This document shows positions 48,110 to 58,486 of a DNA stretch of 64,000 nt, piece by piece. Source of the DNA: Hyphomicrobium sp. (GTDB lineage: Bacteria > Pseudomonadota > Alphaproteobacteria > Rhizobiales > Hyphomicrobiaceae); contig NZ_JADZBI010000137.1 in assembly GCF_020852195.1 (NCBI RefSeq), forward strand, positions 3,433 through 67,432, given 5' to 3'. A program made the position numbers and the translations under genes. The notes under the pieces were generated by a model. The model saw only the letters and a program-made list of their open reading frames with translations, was not told where the DNA came from and searched no databases. Positions within the stretch are counted from its first letter, which is position 1, and each line of letters starts with the position of its first letter.

Positions 48110-48429
48110 CCGTGTCCCTCTTTTGCAGAATCCGAGGTTCTGGGGAACGCCCTCGGCACAACCGCTGGAGAGATCCCTCGGGCGGTCGCTCCGAGACGTA
48201 GGGCATTTATTCCACGGCAAGTGTTGCCGAAATTATAATACGCTTGGATAAACAGTAGGCAGCGCGCCAGACCTTAAATCTTTTCTTAAGTCGATGCATG
48301 GCGCCGATCGATAACCTGCGGGATTTACACGGCCTTTTTCCCGCGAGACGGCTGCGACGCCAGCACCGCGCCGAGCGATCGTTGCAGGCCCGGCCTCCGC
48401 CGCGCACCGGGCCTGCGCGTCGTTTGCCT

Positions 48430-48675
48430 TTAGAAGCAGCCGAGCCCCGGATAGCCGCAGACGTAGAGGTCCAGCGCGCGGTTGACGCAGCACGCCTGAT
48501 CCGTCCCGCAGCGCCAGGTCTTGAGCTTGCCGGCATTGGTCTTGGCCTTGCAGACCTTGTGGCCCTTGGCCGCCACTGCGGCCGACTGCTCCGGCCCTCG
48601 CAGGGCATCGAACGCCAGCGTACCGGCCACGGCTAGAACGGCGGCAAGACCCACCGATATGATCGCGCGTTTCAT
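48430..48675 (-). CDS. Small secreted six-cysteine protein, 81 aa
   Basis: GGAG RBS, signal peptide MKRAIISVGLAAVLAVAG, and C-x13-C-x5-CC-x9-C-x6-C at the C-terminus. Confidence 0.7.
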   Translation of the reverse strand: MKRAIISVGLAAVLAVAGTLAFDALRGPEQSAAVAAKGHKVCKAKTNAGKLKTWRCGTDQACCVNRALDLYVCGYPGLGCF

Positions 48676-48838
48676 CTTCTCCACTCCCTGTGTGCGGTTG
48701 CCTACACAAGCGGAGGATGCTCCGAAATGATGTCGCATTCCAGCGGCCGATCGCCGAAACGCAGCAGCCCGCCCTCCGAGCGCGGACTTTGCGCAACAAA
48801 GGGCGGGCTGCCGGTCGAACGGTTCTAAAGAGCGGCCG

Positions 48839-49981
<1,143 letters not shown>

Positions 49982-50118
49982 TCAACGGCCAATACGGCCT
50001 TGGACCGATACATATTGGTCTGCACCCGACCGCCGAGGATCGGCATGCGGATTAACATATCCGAAAGGCGCGGCGGCGCACTATGGACCGTTTTCACCGT
50101 TCCGGAAGCGTTCCCTCC

Positions 50119-50637
50119 ATGCCCCCGTTCCCGTCCGCAGCACGCGCCGCCCTGCTCTGCCTCGCTGCCGCGCTCGGTGGCTGCGGCGACGGAACCAACC
50201 CGGCCGGCGCCAGCAAGCCCGCCGATACGCACGGCGTGATCGCGACTGCCGGCGACTGCGTTTCGTTCGGCGTCAACGCCGTCAAGGCGTGCGCCGCAGC
50301 GATCGAGCGTGCGGTCGCCGCCCACGAAGCGTCGTCGGCCTCGTACAACAACGTTCAGGCTTGTGAAAGCGCCATTGGCGAGAACCGGTGTGAGCGCTCG
50401 GCCGCCGGCACGTATCGGGCGCGGCTCTCCGCGTTCATGGTGACGATCGGCGCCAAATCGGCGCGCGCCGAGCCTCTCTATCCGGTCAAGGACGGCGGCA
50501 TCGGCTTCCAGACCGCGGGCAACAGCAAGGTGCTCGCGAGCGACCAGAGCCTCGCCTTCTCGCGGCTCGCGCTTTCGGTCGCCGAAACGCAGGCTGCGCG
50601 GGGCAAGAGCGGAAAGCGCAAGCAGAAAATCTTCTAA
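50119..50637 (+). CDS. DUF1190-like lipoprotein
   Basis: Lipobox ALGGC and the C...C...Y....CE...G...C pattern of YgiB/DUF1190. Confidence 0.65.
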   Translation: MPPFPSAARAALLCLAAALGGCGDGTNPAGASKPADTHGVIATAGDCVSFGVNAVKACAAAIERAVAAHEASSASYNNVQACESAIGENRCERSAAGTYRARLSAFMVTIGAKSARAEPLYPVKDGGIGFQTAGNSKVLASDQSLAFSRLALSVAETQAARGKSGKRKQKIF

Positions 50638-50756
50638 AGCCGGTTGCGCGCAGGCAGAACCGCAGATCCTCTCCCCCTCGTGGGAAAGGACCGACGGCGC
50701 GCAAGACGTACGATACGTCCCTAATACCGGAAAACGCTGTTGGAGTCGGGCGGCCA

Positions 50757-51305
50757 TCACATAGCCGCCGCGCCGCGCCCGATAGCCGCGATGCCGGTGC
50801 GCGAGACCTCGACCAGCCCCAGCTCCGTCATGAGACCGATGAAGGTCTCGATCTTGCCGGGCTTGCCGGTGACCTCGAAGACGAAGTGCTCGATCGACGT
50901 GTCGACGACCTGGGCGCGGAAGATCTCCGCCATGCGCAAGGCTTCGATGCGCTTGTCGCCCTTGCCGGTCACCTTCACGAGGGCGAGCTCGCGCTCGAGA
51001 GAGACGCCCTCGGAGGTCAAGTCGCGCACGCGGTGGACCGGCACCAGGCGCTCGAGCTGATGCTTGATCTGCTCGAGCACGGCCGGCGTGCCGCGCGTGA
51101 TGACGGTGATGCGGGACAGGTGCTTCTCGTGCTCGGTCTCGGTCACCGTCAGGCTGTCGATGTTGTAGCCGCGGCCCGAGAACAGCCCGATCACTCGCGC
51201 GAGCACACCGGGCTCGTTGTCGACGAGCACCGAGAGCGTCCGCGTCTCGACCTCCTGTCTCAGCGCGGGGCCTGCGTAGTGGGTCTGTGGATTGGGATTG
51301 ATCAT
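50757..51305 (-). CDS. ilvH: Acetolactate synthase small subunit
   Basis: LSVLVDNEPGVLARVIGLFSGRGYNIDSL ACT domain; ERELALVKV and VEVSRTG. Confidence 0.96.
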   Translation of the reverse strand: MINPNPQTHYAGPALRQEVETRTLSVLVDNEPGVLARVIGLFSGRGYNIDSLTVTETEHEKHLSRITVITRGTPAVLEQIKHQLERLVPVHRVRDLTSEGVSLERELALVKVTGKGDKRIEALRMAEIFRAQVVDTSIEHFVFEVTGKPGKIETFIGLMTELGLVEVSRTGIAAIGRGAAAM

Positions 51306-51310
51306 CGGAG

Positions 51311-51871
51311 CTAATTCTTCTTTTCTTTCGCTTTCTTGTCCTCGAGCGCGCGCATGGCCTCCGGGAAGACGATGGAGAGGAACACCGGAAGCCCGTGCTC
51401 GTCGACCAGCTTCTTCACGTTGTCGGCGTAGGCCTGCGACTTGCGGTACTGGCTGAAGGCCAGCGAGATGCGCTGGCCCATGCTGTCGGCCAGCATCTGC
51501 GGCGAGGGAACGCCGAGCTTCTCCAACGCCTCGGGCGGCATGCGCGAATAGACCTGAATCAGCGTGCGCGTCTCGAGGTAGTCCTGGGCGATGCAGGCTT
51601 CGAAGCCCTCGCCGTAAGTCGAGGCGAGGCTGTGGGTCTTGTAGCAGTTGTCGATCAGTTCATAGGCCGCCTTCGCGCCCCGCGCGCGATGCAGACGTCC
51701 GAGCCGCTCCGCCGCTCCGCGGATGTTCGCGGCCTGATCCCAGGCTGCGGCCTCCGACGGATCGAACTCCGTCGCACCCCCAGCCGCAAACACGGCTGCG
51801 CCTCCGGTTGCGAGCGCACCGGTTGCGACTGTCACGGCTGCGGCGCGACGCAGACGACCGATCCGGTTCAC
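51311..51871 (-). CDS. Uncharacterised secreted protein between ilvI and ilvH
   Basis: GTG start overlaps the ilvI TGA (GTGA). Signal-peptide-like N-terminus, two Cys, and a stop 5 nt before ilvH. Confidence 0.7.
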   Translation of the reverse strand: MNRIGRLRRAAAVTVATGALATGGAAVFAAGGATEFDPSEAAAWDQAANIRGAAERLGRLHRARGAKAAYELIDNCYKTHSLASTYGEGFEACIAQDYLETRTLIQVYSRMPPEALEKLGVPSPQMLADSMGQRISLAFSQYRKSQAYADNVKKLVDEHGLPVFLSIVFPEAMRALEDKKAKEKKN

Positions 51872-53634
51872 ACGAGCACCTTCCCTTCCTTGCCGATGGC
51901 CTTGGACACCTCCTCGTCGGAGACGTTCTCGCCAAGCAGCATCTCGTTGTGGGCCTTTCCGGACGGGATCATGGGGAAGCAGTTGGCCAGCTTTGCGACG
52001 CGGCAGTCGAAGAGGACCGGGCCCTTGGTGTTGATCATCTCGCTGATGGCGTCGTCGAGGTCGGCCGGGTGGTCGCAGCGCATGCCAGTCCAGCCGTACG
52101 CATCGGCGAGCTTGACGAAGTCCGGCAGGGCCTCGGTGTAGCTCTCCGACAGACGGTTGCCGTGCAGGAGCTGCTGCCACTGACGCACCATGCCCATGTA
52201 CTCGTTGTTCAGGATGAACACCTTGACCGGCAGGCGGTATTGCACCGCCGTCGAGCATTCCTGGATGTTCATCAGGATCGAGGCGTCGCCCGCGACGTCG
52301 ATGACCAGCGACTTCGGATGCGCGAGCTGCACGCCGATGGCGGCGGGCAGGCCGTAGCCCATGGTGCCGAGGCCGCCGGACGTCATCCAGCGGTTCGGCT
52401 CCTCGAAGTTGATGAACTGCGCGGCCCACATCTGATGCTGGCCAACCTCGGTCGTGATGTAGGTGTCGCGATCCTTGGTCAGCTCGTAGAGCCGCTGGCA
52501 GGCGTACTGCGGCATGATGTGGTCGGAGGAGTTCTTGTAGGAGAGCGACTTCCTCGCGCGCCAAGCGTCGATCTCCTTCCACCACGACTTGAGCGCGGCC
52601 TTGTCGAGCTGCGGGGCCTTGGCCTTCCAGACGCGCAGCATCTCCTCGAGCACATAGGCGCAGTCGCCGATGATCGGCAGGTCGACCTGGATGTTCTTGT
52701 TGATCGACGACGGGTCGATGTCGACATGGATCTTCTTCGACCCCGGTGAGAAGGCGTCGATGCGGCCCGTGATACGGTCGTCGAAGCGGGCGCCGATGTT
52801 GATCATCACGTCGCAATCGTGCATGGCCATATTGGCCTCGTACGTGCCGTGCATGCCGAGCATGCCGAGCCACTGCTTGTCGGAGGCCGGATAGGCACCG
52901 AGGCCCATCAGCGTCGACGTGATCGGGAAGCCGGACAGGCGCACGAGCTCGCGCAAGAGCTGGCTCGCCTTGGGGCCGGAGTTGATGACGCCGCCACCGG
53001 TATAGAACACGGGGCGCTTGGCGGAAGCCATCAGCTCCACCGCGTCGCGCACGGCGGCCACCTCCGGCTTCACCCGCGGCTTGTAGGTCTTGTGGGCGAT
53101 GTTCGACGGGCCGACGTAGTTGCCGGGCGCGAACTGCACGTCCTTCGGAATGTCGATGACCACCGGCCCGGGGCGACCGGCCTTGGCGATGTAAAAGGCC
53201 TCGTGGATGATGCGCGCGAGGTCGTTGACGTTCTTCACGAGCCAGTTGTGCTTCGTGCACGGGCGCGTGATGCCGACCGTGTCACACTCCTGGAACGCGT
53301 CGTTGCCGATCAGATGCGTCGGCACCTGGCCGGTGATGCAGACTAGCGGGATCGAGTCCATCAGCGCGTCGGTCAAGCCGGTGACGGCGTTGGTGGCGCC
53401 GGGGCCGGAGGTCACCAGCGCGACGCCGACCTTGCCGGTGGAGCGCGCATAGCCTTCGGCGGCATGCAGCGCGCCGCCCTCCTGGCGCACAAGGATGTGC
53501 TTCACCTTGTCCTGCTGGAACAGCTCGTCGTAGATCGGGAGCACGGCGCCGCCCGGATAGCCGAAAACGTGCTCGACGCCCTGATCCTGGAGCGCCTTGA
53601 TCACCATCTCCGCGCCCGTCATCGTCCGTGCCAT
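51868..53634 (-). CDS. ilvI: Acetolactate synthase large subunit
   Basis: FGYPGGAVLP, TSGPGATN, VGQHQMW, SGGLGTMGYG and ThDP motif GDAS...NN. Confidence 0.96.
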   Translation of the reverse strand: MARTMTGAEMVIKALQDQGVEHVFGYPGGAVLPIYDELFQQDKVKHILVRQEGGALHAAEGYARSTGKVGVALVTSGPGATNAVTGLTDALMDSIPLVCITGQVPTHLIGNDAFQECDTVGITRPCTKHNWLVKNVNDLARIIHEAFYIAKAGRPGPVVIDIPKDVQFAPGNYVGPSNIAHKTYKPRVKPEVAAVRDAVELMASAKRPVFYTGGGVINSGPKASQLLRELVRLSGFPITSTLMGLGAYPASDKQWLGMLGMHGTYEANMAMHDCDVMINIGARFDDRITGRIDAFSPGSKKIHVDIDPSSINKNIQVDLPIIGDCAYVLEEMLRVWKAKAPQLDKAALKSWWKEIDAWRARKSLSYKNSSDHIMPQYACQRLYELTKDRDTYITTEVGQHQMWAAQFINFEEPNRWMTSGGLGTMGYGLPAAIGVQLAHPKSLVIDVAGDASILMNIQECSTAVQYRLPVKVFILNNEYMGMVRQWQQLLHGNRLSESYTEALPDFVKLADAYGWTGMRCDHPADLDDAISEMINTKGPVLFDCRVAKLANCFPMIPSGKAHNEMLLGENVSDEEVSKAIGKEGKVLV

Positions 53635-53746
53635 GTAACTCTCCGCCTGCCGCACAATTGGTTCGCCGCCCCGCGGGTCTCGATCGCGGGCAGCCTCATC
53701 CTCGGGTGTCGTGGAGCTGGCACCCTATGGAGGCCAGGATGCAGGG

Positions 53747-54694
53747 TCAAGCTTTAGATTTAATAAAATCTACTAATTCTGATGTAAAACTTTCTATTTC
53801 TTGCGTATCTAACCATTTCCAAGACATCATATTGCGCCGAAGCCACGTGAGTTGTCTTTTGGCGTACTGGCGCGTCTCGGCTTTTGCCGCCTCGGCCGCC
53901 TCGGCGGCGCTCATGCTGCCCGCGATCAGTCGTGCGAGGGGGGCAACGCCGAGTGCGCGCATCGCCGGCAGTGTGGGACCGAGGCCCTGCTCCAGGAGCG
54001 CCTCCACCTCGTCGAGGGCGCCATGCTCCATCATCAGATCGAAGCGGGCGTCGATGCGCCGGCGCAGCGCGTCGCGCTCGGGAGACACGACGACGGCGCG
54101 CCCCTGCTCAACGGTCACCACCGGCTCGCCCGGCCGCTCCTGCCAGCGCGCGAGTGAGGTGCCGGTCGCCTCCAGCACCTCGAGGGCGCGCACGAGACGC
54201 TGCGGATCGGTGGGCCTGAGGCGTGCTGCCATCTCGGAATCGCGCTCCGCGAGGACGGCGTGCAGCGCCGCGGCGCCCTCCTCGCTTGCGCGGCTGCGCC
54301 AACGGGTGCGAATCTCGTCGGGGATCGGCGGAATGGGTGACAGTCCGTCGGTCAGCGCCTTGAAGTAGAGTCCAGTGCCGCCAACGATGATGGGAATGCT
54401 GTCCGCGCGCGCTGCCGCAGCGATGGCCGCCCGCGCCTCCGCCGCATAACGCGCTGCGGAATACGCGTCCGCCGCGGGCACATGGCCGTAGAGACGATGA
54501 GGCACGCGTTGCTCGTCTGCCTCGCTCGGGCGTGCCGTCAGCACATGCAGCTCGCGGTAGACCTGCATGGCGTCCGCGTTGATCACGGTGCCGCCCATAC
54601 GCTCGGCGAGCGCAATCGCCAGCGCGGACTTGCCCGAGGCCGTCGGGCCTGCGATCAGTATGGGGGCATGCCCAGCCCTGTTCTCGCTCGCCAT
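53747..54694 (-). CDS. miaA: tRNA dimethylallyltransferase
   Basis: IAGPTASGKS, INADAMQVY, VGGTGLY, RALEV and TRQYAKRQLTW. Confidence 0.96.
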   Translation of the reverse strand: MASENRAGHAPILIAGPTASGKSALAIALAERMGGTVINADAMQVYRELHVLTARPSEADEQRVPHRLYGHVPAADAYSAARYAAEARAAIAAAARADSIPIIVGGTGLYFKALTDGLSPIPPIPDEIRTRWRSRASEEGAAALHAVLAERDSEMAARLRPTDPQRLVRALEVLEATGTSLARWQERPGEPVVTVEQGRAVVVSPERDALRRRIDARFDLMMEHGALDEVEALLEQGLGPTLPAMRALGVAPLARLIAGSMSAAEAAEAAKAETRQYAKRQLTWLRRNMMSWKWLDTQEIESFTSELVDFIKSKA

Positions 54695-54714
54695 CAGCGG
54701 ATCGACACCCATCT

Positions 54715-56181
54715 ATGTTCGGCAGCCATCTGCGTCGCAAAAGCCTCGTGATTTCCTATATCGCTTACAAGCGATGGTCGGTGCTCTTGTTTCAGTTTGT
54801 CCTGGGCCTAGTGGTCCTCGGCATTCTCTTCGGCCTAACACACGTGCTCACGAGCGGCGCCAAACCGTGGGCAGGTGTGTTGTACTTTACAGCCTTCTTT
54901 CTTGGAGCTGAGGATCTGGTGCCCGGCGCAATCAACTCGGGCTGGCTGGCACCCGTCGCTGGCCTAGCACGACTGATTACCCATTCGCTGATCCTGGGCG
55001 CCATCGTTTTCAAGATGTTCGTCCCCGACGACGTTCTAGACTTTCGAAAGCGTCTATTGATACGTCCTGGCGTTCATGGGTGGGAGGCGCTTGTTCGTCT
55101 GTACAATGCCACCGATACGGATTTTTTTGACCTGACAGCTACGGCGCTCTTGCGCGCGCCGACAACAAACGGCGTCGTACCATTCGTACGAAGCATTCAA
55201 GTTGATATTGCCCCTGAGCGCGCCAATTGGCCCCTTTCTCTTCCTTTCGTCCCTTACACCCTAAGCATCCCATTACAATCATGCGATATCTACTACGAGG
55301 GAAGCCAGCCCAGGCTGCGGGCGCTAGCGGGTAACCCTGTGTCTCAGGTTTCCAACGACGGGCCTGGTGAATGTTACCTCATCGTTGCGGTGAGGGGGTT
55401 CGCGCCGAGTCTTGCGACCGAATTCGTGCAGACCAAGTGGTACAAGCTGAGTGGCAACGATGCAGACTACGAGTTCGGAGATTTCTACGACGTGCTCGTT
55501 GCACCCGGCTCTACGCCTCGTCATGCGGGCGGCAATGCCAGACACTGGCCGGGCTGGGACAAGTTCGAGCACGCGCGTCCGATCGCGCCACCACGCGCCC
55601 GGCGTCACGTGATCTTCGGCTACGGATCGCTGGTCGACATCGGGCGGCTCAGCGAGTTCCTGCAATCGGAAGGGCTCAAGCTTGGCGCGCACGAATACGC
55701 GACGCTGCGCGGGTTCCGCCGTGCCTGGAGCGTCGCGATGGACAACCGCAAGGACCTGCCCGACTACAAGTATTATCTCGACGCGCAGAGCGATGCGCGG
55801 CCGGACGTATACGTTGCGTTTCTCAATATCGAGCATGCGGGGGAGAGCGAGCTTTCGGCTTACGCGGAGCCGCCGGAGGTAACCGGCGTGCTGTTCGAGA
55901 TCGATGAAGCCGCCCTCGCCATCCTCGACCGGCGCGAGCGCAATTATTGCCGGTGCGACATCAGCCGGTATTTCGCTGAGTTCGATGGACGCATATGGAC
56001 CTACCTCGGGAGCCCCGAGGCCGAGGAGCGGTTCCGGATCGGGCTCATCGAGGGCTCGGTGGTGATCGATGCGGGCTACAAGCGTGAGGTAGAAACGGCG
56101 TTCCGTGACGCGAACATCCGCTACTCGGCCTATCAGGACCCGCATCTCGGAGAGATGCACCTGAGACGCATTGCGACGTAG
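54715..56181 (+). CDS. Putative KirBac-like channel with a non-canonical filter, fused to a gamma-glutamylcyclotransferase (GGCT/ChaC-like) domain
   Basis: TM1, a pore-like segment and TM2, then G..VF.M..P....F.....RP......LVR..NA resembling the Kir cytoplasmic domain. C-terminal IFGYGSL, LRGFRR, VTGVLF, LDRRE and WTY are GGCT motifs. Confidence 0.6.
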   Translation: MFGSHLRRKSLVISYIAYKRWSVLLFQFVLGLVVLGILFGLTHVLTSGAKPWAGVLYFTAFFLGAEDLVPGAINSGWLAPVAGLARLITHSLILGAIVFKMFVPDDVLDFRKRLLIRPGVHGWEALVRLYNATDTDFFDLTATALLRAPTTNGVVPFVRSIQVDIAPERANWPLSLPFVPYTLSIPLQSCDIYYEGSQPRLRALAGNPVSQVSNDGPGECYLIVAVRGFAPSLATEFVQTKWYKLSGNDADYEFGDFYDVLVAPGSTPRHAGGNARHWPGWDKFEHARPIAPPRARRHVIFGYGSLVDIGRLSEFLQSEGLKLGAHEYATLRGFRRAWSVAMDNRKDLPDYKYYLDAQSDARPDVYVAFLNIEHAGESELSAYAEPPEVTGVLFEIDEAALAILDRRERNYCRCDISRYFAEFDGRIWTYLGSPEAEERFRIGLIEGSVVIDAGYKREVETAFRDANIRYSAYQDPHLGEMHLRRIAT

Positions 56182-56222
56182 CTTCCCGCTTACAGACTAG
56201 AAGAAACAGAAAAGACTACGCG

Positions 56223-57155
56223 ATGACCGCATCAACGACTTGCACGCTCCTGCTCACCGCAGCGCCGGGATCCGGCGTGGTCACCGAGTCGGTAACGCAG
56301 GCGGCGCTTGGCGCACTTGCCGGCACGGCGGCGGACGTGCAGTGGCTGTCCCCCGGCGATGCCTGGGAAGCGCGTTTCGACCTCGCGGGTGCAAGCAGCC
56401 TGGCCGCGCAGTGCGACGCCGTCGCCCAGGCCATCGGACCGACGCCGGTCGACGTCAACATCGTTGCCGGAGAGCCTGATGCCCGGCGCAAGCGGCTGCT
56501 CGTCGCGGACATGGAAAGCACGATCATCCAACAGGAGCTGATCGACGAGATCGCGGAGATCGTGGGGTGCCGCGCCGAGATCGCCGCCATCACCGAGTCC
56601 GCCATGCGGGGCGAGATCGACTTCGAAACCTCCCTCGCTCAGCGTGTGGCGCTGCTCGCTGGGATCGAGGCGCACCGGCTCGAGGCGATCCTCGCCGGCG
56701 TGACGCTCATGCCGGGGGCCGAGTCGCTGGTGGCGACCATGCGCGCGAACGGAGGATGGACGGCGCTGGTCTCGGGCGGGTTCACGATCTTCGCCGAGCG
56801 GATCGCCGCGCGGCTTGGCTTCGATGCCGTGGTCGCCAACGTGCTCGAGATCGAGGGCGGGCAGCTCACGGGCCGGGTGCGGGAACCGATCGTCGGGCCG
56901 CAAAGTAAGGCCAATACGCTGAAGCGGCTCGCGGCAGAGGGCGGACTTCCGCTTTCGGAGACACTGGCCGTCGGCGATGGCGCCAACGACGTTGCCATGC
57001 TCGCGGCGGCGGGGCTCGGCGTTGCGTTCCGCGCCAAGCCAATACTCGCGGAGCAGGCGCGCGCGTTGGATACCGGCGCGGTCGTCACGCATGGCGACCT
57101 CACGGCGCTCTTGCACCTGCAGGGCTACGGTCGCAACGATATCGTCGTGTGCTAG
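56223..57155 (+). CDS. serB: Phosphoserine phosphatase
   Basis: LVADMESTII (DxDST variant), AMRGEIDF, LVSGGF and AVGDGANDVAM. Confidence 0.93.
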   Translation: MTASTTCTLLLTAAPGSGVVTESVTQAALGALAGTAADVQWLSPGDAWEARFDLAGASSLAAQCDAVAQAIGPTPVDVNIVAGEPDARRKRLLVADMESTIIQQELIDEIAEIVGCRAEIAAITESAMRGEIDFETSLAQRVALLAGIEAHRLEAILAGVTLMPGAESLVATMRANGGWTALVSGGFTIFAERIAARLGFDAVVANVLEIEGGQLTGRVREPIVGPQSKANTLKRLAAEGGLPLSETLAVGDGANDVAMLAAAGLGVAFRAKPILAEQARALDTGAVVTHGDLTALLHLQGYGRNDIVVC

Positions 57156-57577
57156 ACCTGGACGCGCCAGAACTCCTCCGCTCCATCTGGCAAAGTGGAT
57201 AACACGCGGTCGAATGCAGGCTCGTCGACGTTCCTGCGCAAGGCGATGGCGACGTCACGAATGGCGCTGTCGGGTGCAAAGTTGTGGTCGCGACGCAGCG
57301 CCTGAGCCTCCCTTGTCATAGCAGCACGGTCGTCGAAGGGCCGCTGCGGCTGCTCCACATGCCAGTCATCGATGAAAAGTGCGCGGAGAAGGGGCGGCAG
57401 CGCGTTGGCGAACCGAATGGCGTCTCCCACGCCGAGGCGGCTGCGGAACATCTGAAAGACGCCCTGGACCATCGTGTAAACCTGATTGCGCGTCGCGAGG
57501 CCCGAGGCTTCGAGCGCGTCGTCCAGGAACTGCTCGAAGTCCTTCGCGGCCGTGCGGTACTCCATGGGTATGGTCAC
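57152..57577 (-). CDS. DUF2267 family protein
   Basis: VQGVF..FRSRL, FANALPPLLRALF..DW and VL..LPDGA..FW. Confidence 0.75.
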   Translation of the reverse strand: MTIPMEYRTAAKDFEQFLDDALEASGLATRNQVYTMVQGVFQMFRSRLGVGDAIRFANALPPLLRALFIDDWHVEQPQRPFDDRAAMTREAQALRRDHNFAPDSAIRDVAIALRRNVDEPAFDRVLSTLPDGAEEFWRVQV

Positions 57578-57611
57578 GCGATCGAAGCCTCCCTGGCTGA
57601 TGCCCCTCGCG

Positions 57612-58277
57612 TCACGCGCGTCCGATCAGGCGACCGACGGCCAGCCGAAAACGCGACGCCGTCTCCTCGATGACCGGCCGCCATCGCGCCCACGCCCGCT
57701 TCGCCTCCAGGCGCACGCGCGTCTTCACCATGCGGCCGTAGCGCCAGGGCCACGACGCCCGGATGCTGGCAAACAGCGCCTCCTTCCACGGTATGATGAC
57801 GTTGTAGATGGCGGCGAACCAGCCGATCTGCATGAGCGCGGGCCGGGTCAGCAGGAAGATGCGGGCGATGAGCGCGGTGGAAGCGATCTTCGCGCCGACG
57901 AACAGCATGCCGGCTGCGAGTACCTGTCCTGCCGCGAGCAGATACAGCGCCAGGAACTTCAGCGGAAACAGGACCGAGGTCGGCAGCGCGAGCACGACCA
58001 GGGCGCCATAGGGCGGGAGCCGCGCGATCATCTGCTCGACACGCGCCCAGGGCGCGAAGCGGGCCAGATACGCGAGCGCCTCGACCAGCGGGCGCCAGCC
58101 CCATTCCTCGAACAGTAGGATGAGAGCCGCTACGACTTGCAGCGCAAAGCTCAGCGAGGCGCGGATAAGATGCCACAGCGCGCGCAGACCCAGCAGCGCA
58201 TGCACCACGACCCGGCGAAGGCGTGATCTCCCCTCCCGCCATGCGGCCTTGACGCCTTCGCGGAGCCGTCCCGACAT
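57612..58277 (-). CDS. Hypothetical integral membrane protein
   Basis: LILLFEEWGWRPL, LPPYGALVVLALP..VLFPLK and hydrophobic helices, with normal codon bias. Confidence 0.75.
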   Translation of the reverse strand: MSGRLREGVKAAWREGRSRLRRVVVHALLGLRALWHLIRASLSFALQVVAALILLFEEWGWRPLVEALAYLARFAPWARVEQMIARLPPYGALVVLALPTSVLFPLKFLALYLLAAGQVLAAGMLFVGAKIASTALIARIFLLTRPALMQIGWFAAIYNVIIPWKEALFASIRASWPWRYGRMVKTRVRLEAKRAWARWRPVIEETASRFRLAVGRLIGRA

Positions 58278-58486
58278 CGCCGCTCCCGCGTCCTTCCCGA
58301 CGCTGCACCCGGGTCAACATCTGCACCGGGCGACGCGCCTCTTCAGGTGCGTCGGCCCCTGTCCCCGGCGGGCAAGCCCCATGCGACATCTTTGCCATCT
58401 TACCCCGCGCGGCAGGGGTTTGACAGCTTCGCGTCTATTCTATACTTCAACACTCAAGAATCGTAGAAAACTCTAAAGGAGGAAAC

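Noticed and set aside
48274-48289. CtrA site TTAA-N-TTAA
   Set aside because: The spacer is 8 nt rather than the canonical 7.
53635-53760. Ile/Leu/Val leader peptide attenuator upstream of ilvI
   Set aside because: No short ORF with a run of branched-chain codons and no terminator in the gap after miaA.
58420-58446. Sigma70 promoter TTGACA...TATACT upstream of pseudoazurin
   Set aside because: The hexamers are near consensus but the spacer is only 15 nt, so it cannot be called without TSS data.
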